Below, in pieces: positions 46,143-58,846 of a stretch of 64,000 nucleotides of DNA (its first letter is position 1; each line of letters begins with the position of its first letter). A program made the position numbers and the translations under genes. The notes beneath the pieces were generated by a model, which had not been told where the DNA came from, ran no database searches, and saw only the letters and a program-made list of their open reading frames with translations. The DNA is from Oculina patagonica (lineage: Eukaryota), in NCBI RefSeq assembly GCF_052425735.1, contig NC_135761.1:8370001-8434000 (forward strand), written 5' to 3'.

Positions 46143-47597
46143 TGCGAAAAACTTACTAGTCGACTACAGGAACCTGGTTAAATTGCCAAAAATGTTAACA
46201 GCATTGTCTCGAATGTATTCACAATCTGTGAATGTGCAATTTGTAACTTTCTAAATCTAACTAGTCAATTTCCTTTTCTTTGTTGATGATCATTCGAGTC
46301 CCTTCCTTCAATATTCAAATTTAAATGCGTCGAAAATGATGAGTGTTTTCTGTAGTGCCCAGAGCGAGCAGGTGTTTTTCGTGTTTAGTTTTGTTGTTTG
46401 CTTCCTGTTATCAGGAGAATGGTTGGATTTTTCTGTTATTGTAAACCAAAGCTGCGACTTAAGTTATTTGCATTTTGGTGGAAATAAGTGTTTCTGTAAT
46501 GAAAATATAAAGAAAATAAAAATGAACTAAAACCTAAAAGCAATAACAACCTTATTACTGATCGCTTTTAAACTTTTACTGATTGCTTTTAAACAATAAC
46601 CTCTTTACTGATTGCTTTTTAGCTCATGTCGTGATCTGTTTGTAAAAAAATCGTATATAACACCTGTAAATAGCATGACTATTGTTTGAACAAAAGAGAT
46701 TGATATCTTCGCAATTTTATTTTGACTTAAGCTGTTAAACAGGAGAGCCTGAAGAGAAAAACAAAAACATTCGGCGTATATATTTGCCAAAAAAAATCCA
46801 GTTTGTAAGACAGAACAAACCTTCTACGAGTGTTTCAAAAAAAAAATATCAATAATATTTTAAAGCCAGAAACCAACACCTTTAAGTTATTAGGTGAGAA
46901 TGAACCCTAACATTGCAGCCGGTCAACGCACAAACCGCCCAAATAAATGTGCTTTTATTTGTTTTGTACATGATTTGCAATGCGCATTCGTGTGATCTTA
47001 GCACAGGATACGTCGCTGGGCGTAGGAAGTGATTTTGACATAGTTTGTAGAGGTGGGGGAGGGCGACTGCCTCCCATCGGGGGTGTCTGAAAATCGGGTT
47101 TTCCACTCTTTTATGGGCGTTGAAAAGCGTTTGACTTTTATCAATCTTTCTCTGTTGGGTATTCTTTCTAGGTGTCAGTATCAGTGACAGTATTTGTATT
47201 TGTTATTTTTGTTAGTAAAGCGCGTCAATGCCCTGATCATTTTGTCAGTGATCAGCTTTTCTTGTCCGTGATCAAACCCACCTCTTATATGACAAAGGAA
47301 GGGACAAGTTGCAGGGCCAAAATCACGTCTACACACGCGTAAAAATGTGGCAGGGATATGTTGTAGCGAAATGACCCATTGTGCCACGAGGGGACTTAGT
47401 GTCTGATACATTTTCTTGGATGTGTTCATGTGGTTAGCACCTTGAAGGCAAAATCTTTAACATTGACCCGACGGGCTGGTATAAATACACTTGAAAAAAA
47501 AAATTGGTTGCAGTCAACCCTTCATCATGGCTGATTGAGTTTCCTGCCACCGCCCTGCGCCACTCCTTAATAAAACAGAAGAAAGAAAAAAGGAAAT

Positions 47598-47669
47598 TTC
47601 CCACGCCGGGAATCGAACCCGGGCCGCGGCGGTGAGAGCGCCGAATCCTAACCACTAGACCACGTGGGA
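47598..47669 (-). tRNA. trnE: tRNA-Glu, anticodon CTC
   Basis: TCCCACGTGGTCTAGTGGTTAGGATTCGGCGCTCTCACCGCCGCGGCCCGGGTTCGATTCCCGGCGTGGGAA: perfect acceptor, anticodon and T stems; T-run terminator; TATA-like element about 30 nt upstream. Confidence 0.95.
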
Positions 47670-48617
47670 ACTGGCGTTTAATTTGTTAGGTTGCTCTTAT
47701 AAGATGTAATCAGTAACCATAAAAAAGAACGAAAAAGGTATTAAGTTTAAACTCTGTTGTTAAGGATGCAACTACTTGCTTCTTCGTCCTTGTTGCCGTT
47801 TAGCCAAACTCCGTTACTAAGAATGCAAATGGCCTCTGGCCATTTCCTGCCCATTGTGATTATAAGACTTGAGCTGCCCTTCTTGTTTTCTTCGTTGTGC
47901 CCTCTTTGAGGCGCTCTCAGGACAAACATGTTTGTCTGGGCGTTTGATATTGTGCCGTTTTCTCGCAGTTGTGGTCGGCTTAAGAAGGCCTCGCCTTTCT
48001 CCTTATCTGTTCTTGTGCTGTAACATGGGCTCCTGGTTTACTTGTTTATCTATTATTTATTTTGGCGGTCGCTAATTCTAGCTGCGGACGTTTTTTCAGG
48101 GGTTTTGTTTAGAATATTCCAGAATTTTCCAGCTGCCGGATCTGTGCAGCTGTCAATCATCAGGGTAAAACTCCACGCAGAGGTTTTCCCAAGTTCCTTG
48201 AGTGTTCTCGACCCACCTGCCCAGCTGGGGATTAACCGGCAAGCACTCAAATGCCTGCTAGGAAACAAATATATGAACAGTAACTAATAAACAAAAAAAT
48301 AAACCCAAACCTTAATTTTTAACTTAATTCATCGGCCAGAAGATTAAGTCGAAAACGTTTGGGGTTTTCCCTTTAAATAATTTCATCATTTGTAGCCTTA
48401 TAAAGCGAACATAATAAACATAATGTAACCATAACAACGGCATGAGCCCATTTTTGGACATTTTATGGCGTCATCTCACTGCACGGGAAAATGTTGGATT
48501 TGTTAAACTGAAATAAAATATGAAACTCCACTGAAAGTTAAAATCCGTCCTTCACTGAATATTGTTTTATTTAAACATTCTATTGTTTTATTTTTACATT
48601 CATAGACTAGGCTATAT

Positions 48618-49538
48618 TTATTGACGAATTACATGAGTATTATCAAGGTAATTTTTTCTCAGTGCATTCCTAACAGCCCGGCGTATTTCTCCAATTCTCC
48701 AGCAGTACACAAGTGGATTTAAGAAAGAGTTAATAAAAACAACAGTTGAAGCATAATCGTAGGCGATTTTTACTGTTAATGTGTATCCAAGGAATGAGTC
48801 TACAAACATTGTCACACAAACTGGTAAATAGAAAATCAAGAACAAACCATAGACATAAAGTACAGTCACAGCAGATTTTCTACACTTGAGCACGTTTACC
48901 GTGTTTGATTGAACACTCCATTGTTGCTGGGATATCTGGCGCCGATGTCTGCGAACGATCTGAAATATATAAAAGGTGCTCACGACTGTAATTAGAAACG
49001 TTAGCAATAAAAGTACCACCGGAACGATTATCCAGTTTGTTAAACTAAACCTCAACATAACGACAGTTATAGAAGCAATCCAGAGGCAAACAGTAATTTG
49101 AAACACGCGAGGAACGGTGACAATCGTGGTGTACCGTAAATGCAGGGTTAATGCGAGAAGCTGATCAACGGGGATTAAGGTTAAAGTTGCCATAGACACG
49201 CCAGATGTCGTCCAACCTGATATGGTATGAATCATCCTTAAGACACAGTACACGCCAAAGTTGTTTTCAAGTTCGGCTATCTTGTACGCCACGAAAAAAG
49301 GCTGACAAATCAGTCCAACAAGGAGATCCGAAGCAGCGAGGCAAAACAAAAGGATGAAAGATGGTGAATGAAGTTCTCGCGTTTTCCAGATCACGTATAA
49401 AATAACAGAATTCCCCATACATGTTATAAGAGAAAACACTGAATTCAAAACACACGTTAGAATATTTGTCGTTTGCGTTTCTCCCGTTTGGTTCAAGTTT
49501 ATGTCCAAAAAGGAACAAGTTTGATGGGTTTTGTTCAT
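48618..49538 (-). CDS. Class A GPCR paralog (copy 5, IPVDQL)
   Basis: 306-aa intact ORF from ATG 49538. Confidence 0.88.
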   Translation of the reverse strand: MNKTHQTCSFLDINLNQTGETQTTNILTCVLNSVFSLITCMGNSVILYVIWKTRELHSPSFILLFCLAASDLLVGLICQPFFVAYKIAELENNFGVYCVLRMIHTISGWTTSGVSMATLTLIPVDQLLALTLHLRYTTIVTVPRVFQITVCLWIASITVVMLRFSLTNWIIVPVVLLLLTFLITVVSTFYIFQIVRRHRRQISQQQWSVQSNTVNVLKCRKSAVTVLYVYGLFLIFYLPVCVTMFVDSFLGYTLTVKIAYDYASTVVFINSFLNPLVYCWRIGEIRRAVRNALRKNYLDNTHVIRQ

Positions 49539-49572
49539 CGTGAGATGACAAGCTGACCGCAAAGCTGGTTAA

Positions 49573-50023
49573 GGCTGATTTTCACCAGGGACGAAATCGT
49601 AGTAGCAGTCTTATTTGGAGTCGTAAGACGCTTACGACCTAGCGAAAATCTAAAATCGGTGTGGTACGCAGAGTTACAAGCACGAGAGAATCGGATTCGC
49701 AATAACCAGAACGTTTCCGTTTTCTAGCGATTTTGGTTATGACTCTGTCACTTACGATCCTCAGCTGTCGTATGGAAAACTTGATTTACGGAATCACAAG
49801 CAGATGCGGAAGAACAAACCAATCACAATGCAAGTTCTCAGGCCCTCCTAGCACTTCCTTTTCACTTGCTACGGACAATTCAGTTTTCATTGGATCAAAA
49901 GCGATTGAGTCCTTAGCACAAATGTGAACTCTACTTACGACTCCGTCGGTTTGATTTTCACTAGATGGTAACGCTCTGCGCTTCTGATTACGACTCCGAC
50001 TTTATCGTTAGTTAAAACCTGCC
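49573..50023. mobile_element. Degenerate Harbinger-like MITE about 35 bp upstream of the copy 5 ATG (duplicated at about 55353-55804)
   Basis: TAA-GGCTGATTTTCAC ... GTTAAAACCTGCC; internal GACTCCGAC repeats. Confidence 0.55.
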
Positions 50024-50952
50024 AAGAAAGCCGTGTTTTGTGTTTTTTGTTTCGACTCTAAATCTAATGTTGTAATTTAATCTATGTAATTTGGCTTCCT
50101 AGACTTGTTAACTCCTTAGTTATTTTTGGAGGCCAAAACCCTTTTAGCTTTAATTTCTATTGTGTGTAAATGTCTCTTTTTTATGTATAAGGTCAAAAAT
50201 AAAGTCAGTGTTGTTGTCGTTGTAACGACAATGTGACTCTCGAATATACAGTGTACTCACAATCGGTGAAAGTATTATTTGTAGCTGAATAGTCCATTGT
50301 TATTTACTCCAGTTTTTTTTGAAACAAAATTGCACGATTTTTTAAATATAACTTTCCATAAGCAATCTGGCTTAATTTTGCATTCATTTCTGTTATTTTC
50401 TGACTTTCTAAGAAGGGGTGAAATCAAAGATGGCGGCTCTAATAACGTCAATTGACGTCATATGACGTCATAGACAACTAAATTATGTCATCTTGTAGAA
50501 TAAGCTAAAGCTTTCTACTAAGTGCAAAATAATGTCGCTGCGCCTAAATTAAACGAAAACCCTGTGGAGGGGCTCCATCCACCATTCCCCACCCCCTGTC
50601 ATGTACCAAGGTGAGGGTAGTATGAATTTACTTGTACGTCTGAGGGTTTAACTGAAAGAAAATACGAAACTTTCACTAGAAATTAAAATCCGTCCTCGGA
50701 TCCTCGAAGTATTGTTTTTTATTGGATATCATGTTATCAACATCAGTTTTTTTTTTCAGTGCATTCTTTACACAGTCAAACATGAAGTACTCATTAAACT
50801 GCCTGGTCGGTAACACGTAAAAGCACAATCATTGATAAATTTATTACTAGGAGATAAATCGTTACTATGGCAACTGTATAAACTCAGATGTGTTAAATTA
50901 ATTAAACGAGAAACTCCCTCTCTATACTGACTCTAGAAACTCCCACTCACGC

Positions 50953-51855
50953 TCAGTTTTTCCTAAGTACATTTTTTACAGCTCGTCGTATTTCTCCAAT
51001 TCTCCAGCAGTACACAAGTGGATTTAGAAAGGAGTTAACATAAACGACAGTTGTCACGTAATCATAGGCGATTTTCAATGATAATGTGTATCCTGTTAAT
51101 GTCTCCACAAAAACCGTTACACAAAATGGAAAATAGAAAATCAAAAATAAACCGTAAACATAAAGTACAGTCACAGCAGATTTTCTACATTTGAGCACGT
51201 TCACCGTGTTTAATTGAACGCTCTGCTGTTGCTGTCTGATCTGGCGCCGATGTCGTCGAACGATCTGAAATATTTTCATGGTACTTAGGGCCATAACTAG
51301 AATTGTAAGAAGTAATGTGACCAACGGAACAAAAAGCCAACTAAAGTTACTCCCCGTGATAGAAAACCTTAACAGAACGCCAGTTAAAGTACCGATCCAG
51401 AGAAAAGCAGTGATTTGAAACACGCGAGAAACGGTGACAATCGTGGTGTACCGTAAATGTAGGGTTAAAGCGAGAAGCTGATCAACGGAGACTAGACTCA
51501 AAGTGAGCAAGGACACGCCAGCCATCGTCCAACCTAATATGGTATGTAACATCCTCAATGTACAGTAAACGCCAAAGTTGTTCCCAAGTTCAGCTATCTT
51601 GTAAGCCACGAAAAATGGCTGACATATCAGTCCAACGAGGAGGTCTGAGGCAGCAAGACAAAACAAAAGGACGAACGAAGGCGAGTGAAGTTCTCGCGTT
51701 TTCCGGATCACATGAAGAATAACAGAATTCCCCGTCAATGTTATCAACGAAAACACTGAATTTAGAATGCAAACCAGAATATTTGCAGTTTGCGTTCCTC
51801 CCGTTTGGTCTAAGTTGATTTTCAAAAAGGAACAAGTCAGATGTGTTTTGTTCAT
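50953..51855 (-). CDS. Class A GPCR paralog (copy 6, DQL)
   Basis: 300-aa intact ORF. Confidence 0.88.
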   Translation of the reverse strand: MNKTHLTCSFLKINLDQTGGTQTANILVCILNSVFSLITLTGNSVILHVIRKTRELHSPSFVLLFCLAASDLLVGLICQPFFVAYKIAELGNNFGVYCTLRMLHTILGWTMAGVSLLTLSLVSVDQLLALTLHLRYTTIVTVSRVFQITAFLWIGTLTGVLLRFSITGSNFSWLFVPLVTLLLTILVMALSTMKIFQIVRRHRRQIRQQQQSVQLNTVNVLKCRKSAVTVLYVYGLFLIFYFPFCVTVFVETLTGYTLSLKIAYDYVTTVVYVNSFLNPLVYCWRIGEIRRAVKNVLRKN

Positions 51856-52960
51856 TGCGAAACGAGCTTACTAGTCGACTAGAGGATCAGAAACCTGGTT
51901 AATTGCCAAAAATGTTAACAGTATTGTCTCAAATGTATTCACAATCTGTGAATGTGCAATTTGTATCTTTCTAGTTGCAAGTCAAGCTTTTGGATGAAAG
52001 TAGTCAATTTCCTTTTCTTTGTTGATGATCAGTCGTGTCCCTTCCTTCAATTTTCAAATTAAAATGCGTCGAAAGTGATGCATGTTTTCTGTAGTGCCCA
52101 GAGCAAGCAGGTTTTTTTTATGTGTTTAGGTTTGTTGTTTGCTTCCTGTTATCAGGGGAATGGTTGGATTTTTTTGTTATTTGAAAACCGAAGCTGCGAC
52201 TTAAGTTATTTGCATTTTGGTGGAAATAAGTGTTTCTGTAATGAAAATATAAGGAAAATAAAAATGAACTAAAACCTAAAAGCAATAACAACCTTATTAC
52301 TGATCGCTTTCAAACAATAACCTCTTTACTGTTTGCTTTTAAGCAATAACCTCTTTACTGATTACTTTTAGCTCATGTCGTGATCTGTTTGTAAAAAAAT
52401 CGTATATTACACCTGTAAATAGCATGACTATTGTTTGAACAAAAGAGATTGATATCTTCGCAATTCTATTTTTACTTAAGCTGTTTAAACAGGAGAACCT
52501 GAAGAGAAAAACAGGAAAACATTCGGCGTATATATTTGCCAGAAATTTCAGTTTGTAAGACAGAACGAACTTTCTACGAGTGCTTCGAAAAAAAAAATCA
52601 ATAGTATTTTAAAGCCAGAAACCAACAGTGAGAATGAACCCCAACATTGCAACCGGTCAACGCCCAAACCCCCCAACATAATGTGCTTCTATTTATCTTG
52701 TACATGATATGCAATGCGTATTCGTGTGATCTAGGTGGTTCTTTTTTTTTTTTTTTTTTTTTTTTGGTTGTTTTTTTGGGGGGGGGGTTAGCACAGAATA
52801 CGTCGCTGCCATAGCCGCAGCCAGGGTAGTCTGGGCGTAGGACTGATTTTGACATAGTTTGTAGCGGTGGGGGAGGGCGACTCCCTCCCTGGGGGTTTTA
52901 AAATGGTTTTCTTTTTTTTTAAATTTTTTTTTTTTTTTTTTTTTATTTTATTTAGTAGTG

Positions 52961-52995
<35 letters not shown>

Positions 52996-53296
52996 CCTGT
53001 CCCTAATCCCACCCCCCTCTTACTGACAAAGGAAGGGACAAGGTGGGGGAATCACGTGTACACACGCGTGAAAATGTGGCAGGGATATGTTGCAGCGAAA
53101 TGGCCCGTTTTAGGTGCAACAAGAGGACTGAGTGCCTGATACATTTTCTTAGATGTGTCCATGTGGTTAGCACCTTGAAGGCTAAATCTTTAACATTGAC
53201 CTGGCGGGTTGGTATAAATACACTTGAAAAAAAAATTGGTTGCAGTCACCCCTTCCATCATAGCTGATTGAGTTTCCTGCCACCGCCCCTCCGCCA

Positions 53297-53425
53297 NNNN
53301 NNNNNNNNNNNNNNNNNNNNNNNNNNNNNNNNNNNNNNNNNNNNNNNNNNNNNNNNNNNNNNNNNNNNNNNNNNNNNNNNNNNNNNNNNNNNNNNNNNNN
53401 NNNNNNNNNNNNNNNNNNNNNNNNN
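53297..53425. other. Assembly gap (129 N) at the position paralogous to tRNA-Glu
   Basis: Both flanks match those of the 47598-47669 tRNA. Confidence 0.95.
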
Positions 53426-54398
53426 TTAATTTGTTAGGTTGCTCTTATAAGATGTAATCAGTAACCACAAAAAAGAACGAAATAGGTATTAAGTTCAAAC
53501 TCTGCTGTTAAGGATGCAACTACTTGCTTCTTCGTCCTTGTTGCCGTTTAGCCAAACTCCGTTACTAAGAATGTTAATGGCCTAGGGCCATTTCCTGCCT
53601 GCATTGTGATTATAAGACTTGAGCTGCCCTTCTTGTTTTCTCCTTTGTGCCATCTTTAAGGCGCTTTAAGGACAAACATGTTTGGGGTCTGGGCGTTTGA
53701 TATTGTTCCATTTTCTTACCCAGTGTAATCGAGTTTAATATGATCGTCTTCCGCCAACTCGGCTTCTCCTTGATTTTCTCGCCTTTCTCTTTGCCTGTAT
53801 CATAGGCTCCTGGTTTACCATTTTTTATCTATTATTTATTTTGGCGGTCGCTAATTCTAGCTGCGGACGTTTTTTCAGGTGTTTTGTTTAGAATATTCTA
53901 GAATTTTCCAGCTGCCGGATCTGTGCAGCTGTCATTCATCACGGGGTAAAACTCCACGCAGAGGTTTTCCCAAGTTTCTTGAGTGTTCTTGACCCACCTG
54001 CCCAGCTGGAGATTAACCGGCAAGCACTCAAATGCCTGGTAGGAAACAAATATATGAACAGTAGCTAATAAACAAAAAAATAAACCCAAACCTTAATTTT
54101 TAACTTAATTCATCGGCCAGAAGATTAAGTCGAAAACGTTTGGGGTTTTCCCTTTAAATAATTTCATCATTTGTAGCCTTATAAAGCGAACATAATAAAC
54201 ATAACGTAACCATAACAACGGCATGAGCCCATTTTTGGACATTTTATGGCGTCATCTCACTGCACGGGAAAATGTTGGATTTGTTAAACTGAAATAAAAT
54301 ATGAAACTCCACTGAAAGTTAAAATCCGTCCTTCACTGAATATTGTTTTATTTAAACATTCTATTGTTTTATTTTTACATTCATAGACTAGGCTATAT

Positions 54399-55319
54399 TT
54401 ATTGACGAATTACATGAGTATTATCAAGGTAATTTTTTCTCAGTGCATTCCTAACAGCCCGGCGTATTTCTCCAATTCTCCAGCAGTACACAAGTGGATT
54501 TAAGAAAGAGTTAATAAAAACAACAGTTGAAGCATAATCGTAGGCGATTTTTACTGTTAATGTGTATCCAAGGAATGAGTCTACAAACATTGTCACACAA
54601 ACTGGTAAATAGAAAATCAAGAACAAACCATAGACATAAAGTACAGTCACAGCAGATTTTCTACACTTGAGCACGTTTACCGTGTTTGATTGAACACTCC
54701 ATTGTTGCTGGGATATCTGGCGCCGATGTCTGCGAACGATCTGAAATATATAAAAGGTGCTCACGACTGTAATTAGAAACGTTAGCAATAAAAGTACCAC
54801 CGGAATGATTATCCAGTTTGTTAAACTAAACCTCAACATAACGACAGTTATAGAAGCAATCCAGAGGCAAACAGTAATTTGAAACACGCGAGGAACGGTG
54901 ACAATCGTGGTGTACCGTAAATGCAGGGTTAATGCGAAAAGCTGATCAACGGGGATTAAGGTTAAAGTTGCCATAGACACGCCAGATGTCGTCCAGCCTG
55001 ATATGGTATGAATCATCCTCAAGACACAGTACACGCCAAAGTTGTTTTCAAGTTCAGCTATCTTGTACGCCACGAAAAAAGGCTGACAAATCAGTCCAAC
55101 AAGGAGATCCGAAGCAGCGAGGCAAAACAAAAGGATGAAAGATGGTGAATGAAGTTCTCGCGTTTTCCAGATAACGTATAGAATAACAGAATTTCCCAGA
55201 CATGTTATAAGAGAAAACACTGAATTCAAAACACACGTTAGAATATTTGTCGTTTGCGTTTCTCCCGTTTGGTTCAAGTTTATGTCCAAAAAGGAACAAG
55301 TTTGATGGGTTTTGTTCAT
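54399..55319 (-). CDS. Class A GPCR paralog (copy 7, near-identical to copy 5)
   Basis: 306-aa intact ORF; 3 amino-acid differences from copy 5. Confidence 0.85.
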   Translation of the reverse strand: MNKTHQTCSFLDINLNQTGETQTTNILTCVLNSVFSLITCLGNSVILYVIWKTRELHSPSFILLFCLAASDLLVGLICQPFFVAYKIAELENNFGVYCVLRMIHTISGWTTSGVSMATLTLIPVDQLFALTLHLRYTTIVTVPRVFQITVCLWIASITVVMLRFSLTNWIIIPVVLLLLTFLITVVSTFYIFQIVRRHRRQISQQQWSVQSNTVNVLKCRKSAVTVLYVYGLFLIFYLPVCVTMFVDSFLGYTLTVKIAYDYASTVVFINSFLNPLVYCWRIGEIRRAVRNALRKNYLDNTHVIRQ

Positions 55320-56985
55320 CGTGAGATGACAAGCTGACCACAAAGCTGGTTAAGGCTGATTTTCACCAGGGACCAAATCGTAGTCGCAGTCTTATTTGGA
55401 GTCGTAAGACGCTAACGACCTAGCGAAAATCTAAAATCGGTAAGGTACGCAGAGTCACAAGCACGAGAGAATCGGATTCGCAATAACCAGAACGTTTCCG
55501 TTTTCTAGCGATTTTGGTTATGACTCTGTCACTTACGATCCTCAGCTGTCGTATGGAAAACTTGATTTACGGAATCACAAGCAGATGCGGAAAAACAAAC
55601 CAATCACAATGCTAGCTCTCAGGCCCTCCGAGTACTTCCTTTTCGCTTGCTACGGACGCTTTAGTTTTCATTGGATCATAAGCGATGGAGTCCTTAGCAC
55701 AATTTGAACTCTGCTTACAACTCCGTCGGTTTGATTTTCACTAGATTGTAACGCTCTGCGCTTCTGATTGCGACTCCGACTTCGTCGCCAGTAAAAAACC
55801 TGCCAAGAAAGCCGTTTTTGTGTGTTTTGTGTTTGTTTCGACTGTAATGTTGTAATTTAATCTATGTAATTTGGCTTCCTAGATTTGTTAACTCCTTAGT
55901 TATTTTTGGAGGCCAACACCCTCCTTAATTTCGATTTTCTAATGTGTGTAATTGTCTCTTTTTTTATGTATCAGGTCAATAATAAAGTTGTTGTTGTCGT
56001 TATAAAGACAATGTCACTCTCGAATAGACAGTGTACTCACAATCGGTGAAGTTTATTTCAGACAATAGTCAGGACTTTTTTCTGTCAATATTTAAATTCA
56101 AAGACTCAACTTAAACGCATACTAATTTGGCACCATTTATGATGAGCTTTTTCTTAACGTACAACACTAGCAGATGTTTTGATTTGTTGCAGATTGTAAC
56201 TTTTTCATCATAAAAAGTTTCGGTTTATTTCGTTATAGATTGTGAAACATTCTGGATTTTTTTGTCATTTTATAACGAAACCACGATTAAAGACCTTTAT
56301 ATTTTTTGGGATTATAAAGGAAATGAAAAGCACAATCTTGCGTTTCAGACGGCAACGTTTTTAGTGATTGCTTTTAGTAGCAAAAGCTCCAGTCGTGATC
56401 CGCTTAAAACGTCATTTGAATAATATTTTAGCACGACTCCTGTCACGACATGAAAATACAACTTTACCGTGGTGTAAAGATCAAATAAAGCTGGGGTAAA
56501 TTTGGAATTTATTCAGCTATACACTGACTTTACATTCTTTAACGGTGACCTTTATCCCAGCTTTACACTCAAGTATAAAGGCAGAAAAAGAGGCTTCTTT
56601 ACACATTTAATCATCTTTAACAACATTTAATTGATGGTATAAGCAAGCTTGGAAACAAGCTTGTTTATCCAACTTTACACCCGATTTAACCACCTTTAAT
56701 TTCTTGTAAATCGCAATTTTTATGCTGTCTGTTGAGTAAAGGAAAATGTATGAATTATTTCTCTCTGCTTGCGAAATTGTTTCTTTCAGCGCCTTCTTAT
56801 CCATTAGATGAGCAAATGTACGTACATGTCGATTTGTACTGCGTCGGAGGTAAGCGACTGCACTTAGCTAAAGTGAAGCTAAAAATCGTTATCCCTTTCG
56901 CTCTCCCGTCTCCCACCACTTTTCACGGCAGGTGAAAAAGCGTTCGGATCTGTCCTTGCTGTGTATTCGTTAGAAACTGTATTCG

Positions 56986-57489
56986 TTATTGCGGGCCCAA
57001 GAGAGGCCCGCAACCCTAATTTTGACAGTGACCAGTGGATTGCGTTTAACGCGTGCGCGCCACGTTAATGAAAGGCCAGCACCAAGCAGAAGTTGAAAAT
57101 TTTGTTCTTCCACCAAGAACGATCAGAATGCGAAAAATTTGTCAACCAGAACATTTTGTCGCAACACCTGAAGTTAAAAATCTGTTCTTCAAGTACGACA
57201 AGAATGCGAAAAATGTGTCAATTGCCACATAAGATCGAGGCTTCTGTCACATGGAAGATTGCAAACATTACGTTTGACCGCGGAAGATTTCGGAGATTTG
57301 CTGTGATTGTATCACAAATAAACCACGGCAAAGCGAATGATTCCAACAACGGTAAGTCTCGGGAAATTCCTTACAACACTGACAACATATCGACTTTACC
57401 GACTGAGTAAAATCACATCTAAATTCACACCGTGCGCTCGACAACACTTCGCAAAACTGTCAATCAAAAAACCTGTGGTTACCGCTAGT
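56986..57489 (+). mobile_element. Helitron/Helentron-like non-autonomous element, copy 1
   Basis: 5' TTATTGCGGGCC-CAAGAGA-GGCCCGCAA hairpin; 3' CTGTGGTTACCGCTAGT; no TSD. Confidence 0.6.
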
Positions 57490-58142
57490 ATATATTTAAA
57501 CGAATTTGATGGTCTTTTGCTATGCCTAAGTTTGGCTAAATCCGTGACACGGCCCCGTAAACCAATTACAGTGAGCATCTCCCACTGTGATCATATGCAA
57601 TGGCATGCACGTGAAGATATGAAAGATTCGGATTTATAAGCTAAGGTCTCAAGTGGCGGTATATTCAGTGATGGCGTTGGCGGAAATCAAAACAACCGCC
57701 GTGAAAAAGGTTCGCTTAATTCGAAGTCTATGCTATCAGTGTCATGGCGTTTTTGTAAAGTTAATGTTGTGTTCAATGGCGGGAATTACAGCTTTGTGTC
57801 GGAAAATGCTCAAAAACTGAAAATTTGTGAAAGAATTTCGGTATTTTCGCCGAGTCGGGGGATTATTGCGGGCCCAAGAGAGGCCCGCAACCCTAATCTT
57901 GACAGTGACCAGCGGATTGCGTTTTACGCGTGCGCGCCACGTTAATAAAAGGCAAACAGAAAAAGGAAGTTGAAAATTTTGTTCTTCCACTAAGAACGAT
58001 CGGAATGCGAAAAATGTGTCAATCACGACAGTTTGTCGTAACACCGGAAGAGAAAAATCTGTTCTCCAAGAACGATTTTCACACAAGATCTAGGCTCCTG
58101 TCACATGGAAGATTGCAAACATTACAATTTGCAGACTTGTAT

Positions 58143-58389
58143 AGGGGTCATGAATGGTCCCTCAAAACGTCGCAGTGCTCGCAAAATTTAATGGGTGCTC
58201 GTTTGCTCGTGCTCGCACAACTTAACAAGTGCTCGCATGCTCGGTTTTTAGTGGAGGTAGGTTTTTGAAAAGTGCTCGTTGCTCGCAAGGCTAATTTTTG
58301 TCAGTGCTCGTTGCTCGCAAGGCTAATTTTTGTCAGTGCTCGTGCTCGCAAAGAAAAACGCTGTGCTCGCAAAGACCATTTGATACCCT
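58143..58389. mobile_element. Small TIR element with 5-bp TSD and GTGCTCG repeats
   Basis: AGGGGTCATGAATGGTC / GACCATTTGATACCCT; TGTAT on both sides; absent from the homologous position near 59500. Confidence 0.65.
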
Positions 58390-58846
58390 TGTATTACAGG
58401 TGTTGCTTTTGAGAAAATTTGCTCTGATTGTATCACACAAGAACCACGGCAAAGCGAATGATTTCAGCAACGGTTATTCTCGAGAAATTCGTTATAACAC
58501 TGACAACATAGCGAGTTTATCGACCGAGGAGAATCACATCTCAATTCACACCGCGTGCTCGTCTACACTTCAAAAAAACTGTCAATCAAAAAACAACTCT
58601 GGCTGGTTCGCGGCCGGTTCGAGGCAATTAAGCGTGACGCGTTACTCGGAATAATTGTCTTTTGTCCAGTACAGTGATTCATCATTAATCGCGCCACGTT
58701 AATAAAAGGCGAGCACAACATAGCGAGTTTACCGACTGAGAAAAATCACATCTCAATTCACACCGCGTGCTCGATTACACTTCCCAAAACGATAGAAACA
58801 TGCATTCCTTGCGTGACGCGTTACTCGGGATAATTGTCTTTTGTCC

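Noticed and set aside
47790-48265. Coding-like minus-strand fragment (duplicated about 53520-54045)
   Set aside because: Frameshifts and stops differ between copies and I cannot confidently assign a family; a TBLASTX search would be needed.
52735-53000. Long poly-T/poly-G tracts and Lys/Phe-rich ORFs
   Set aside because: Absent from the paralogous 46990-47280 region and close to a gap; likely low-quality sequence.
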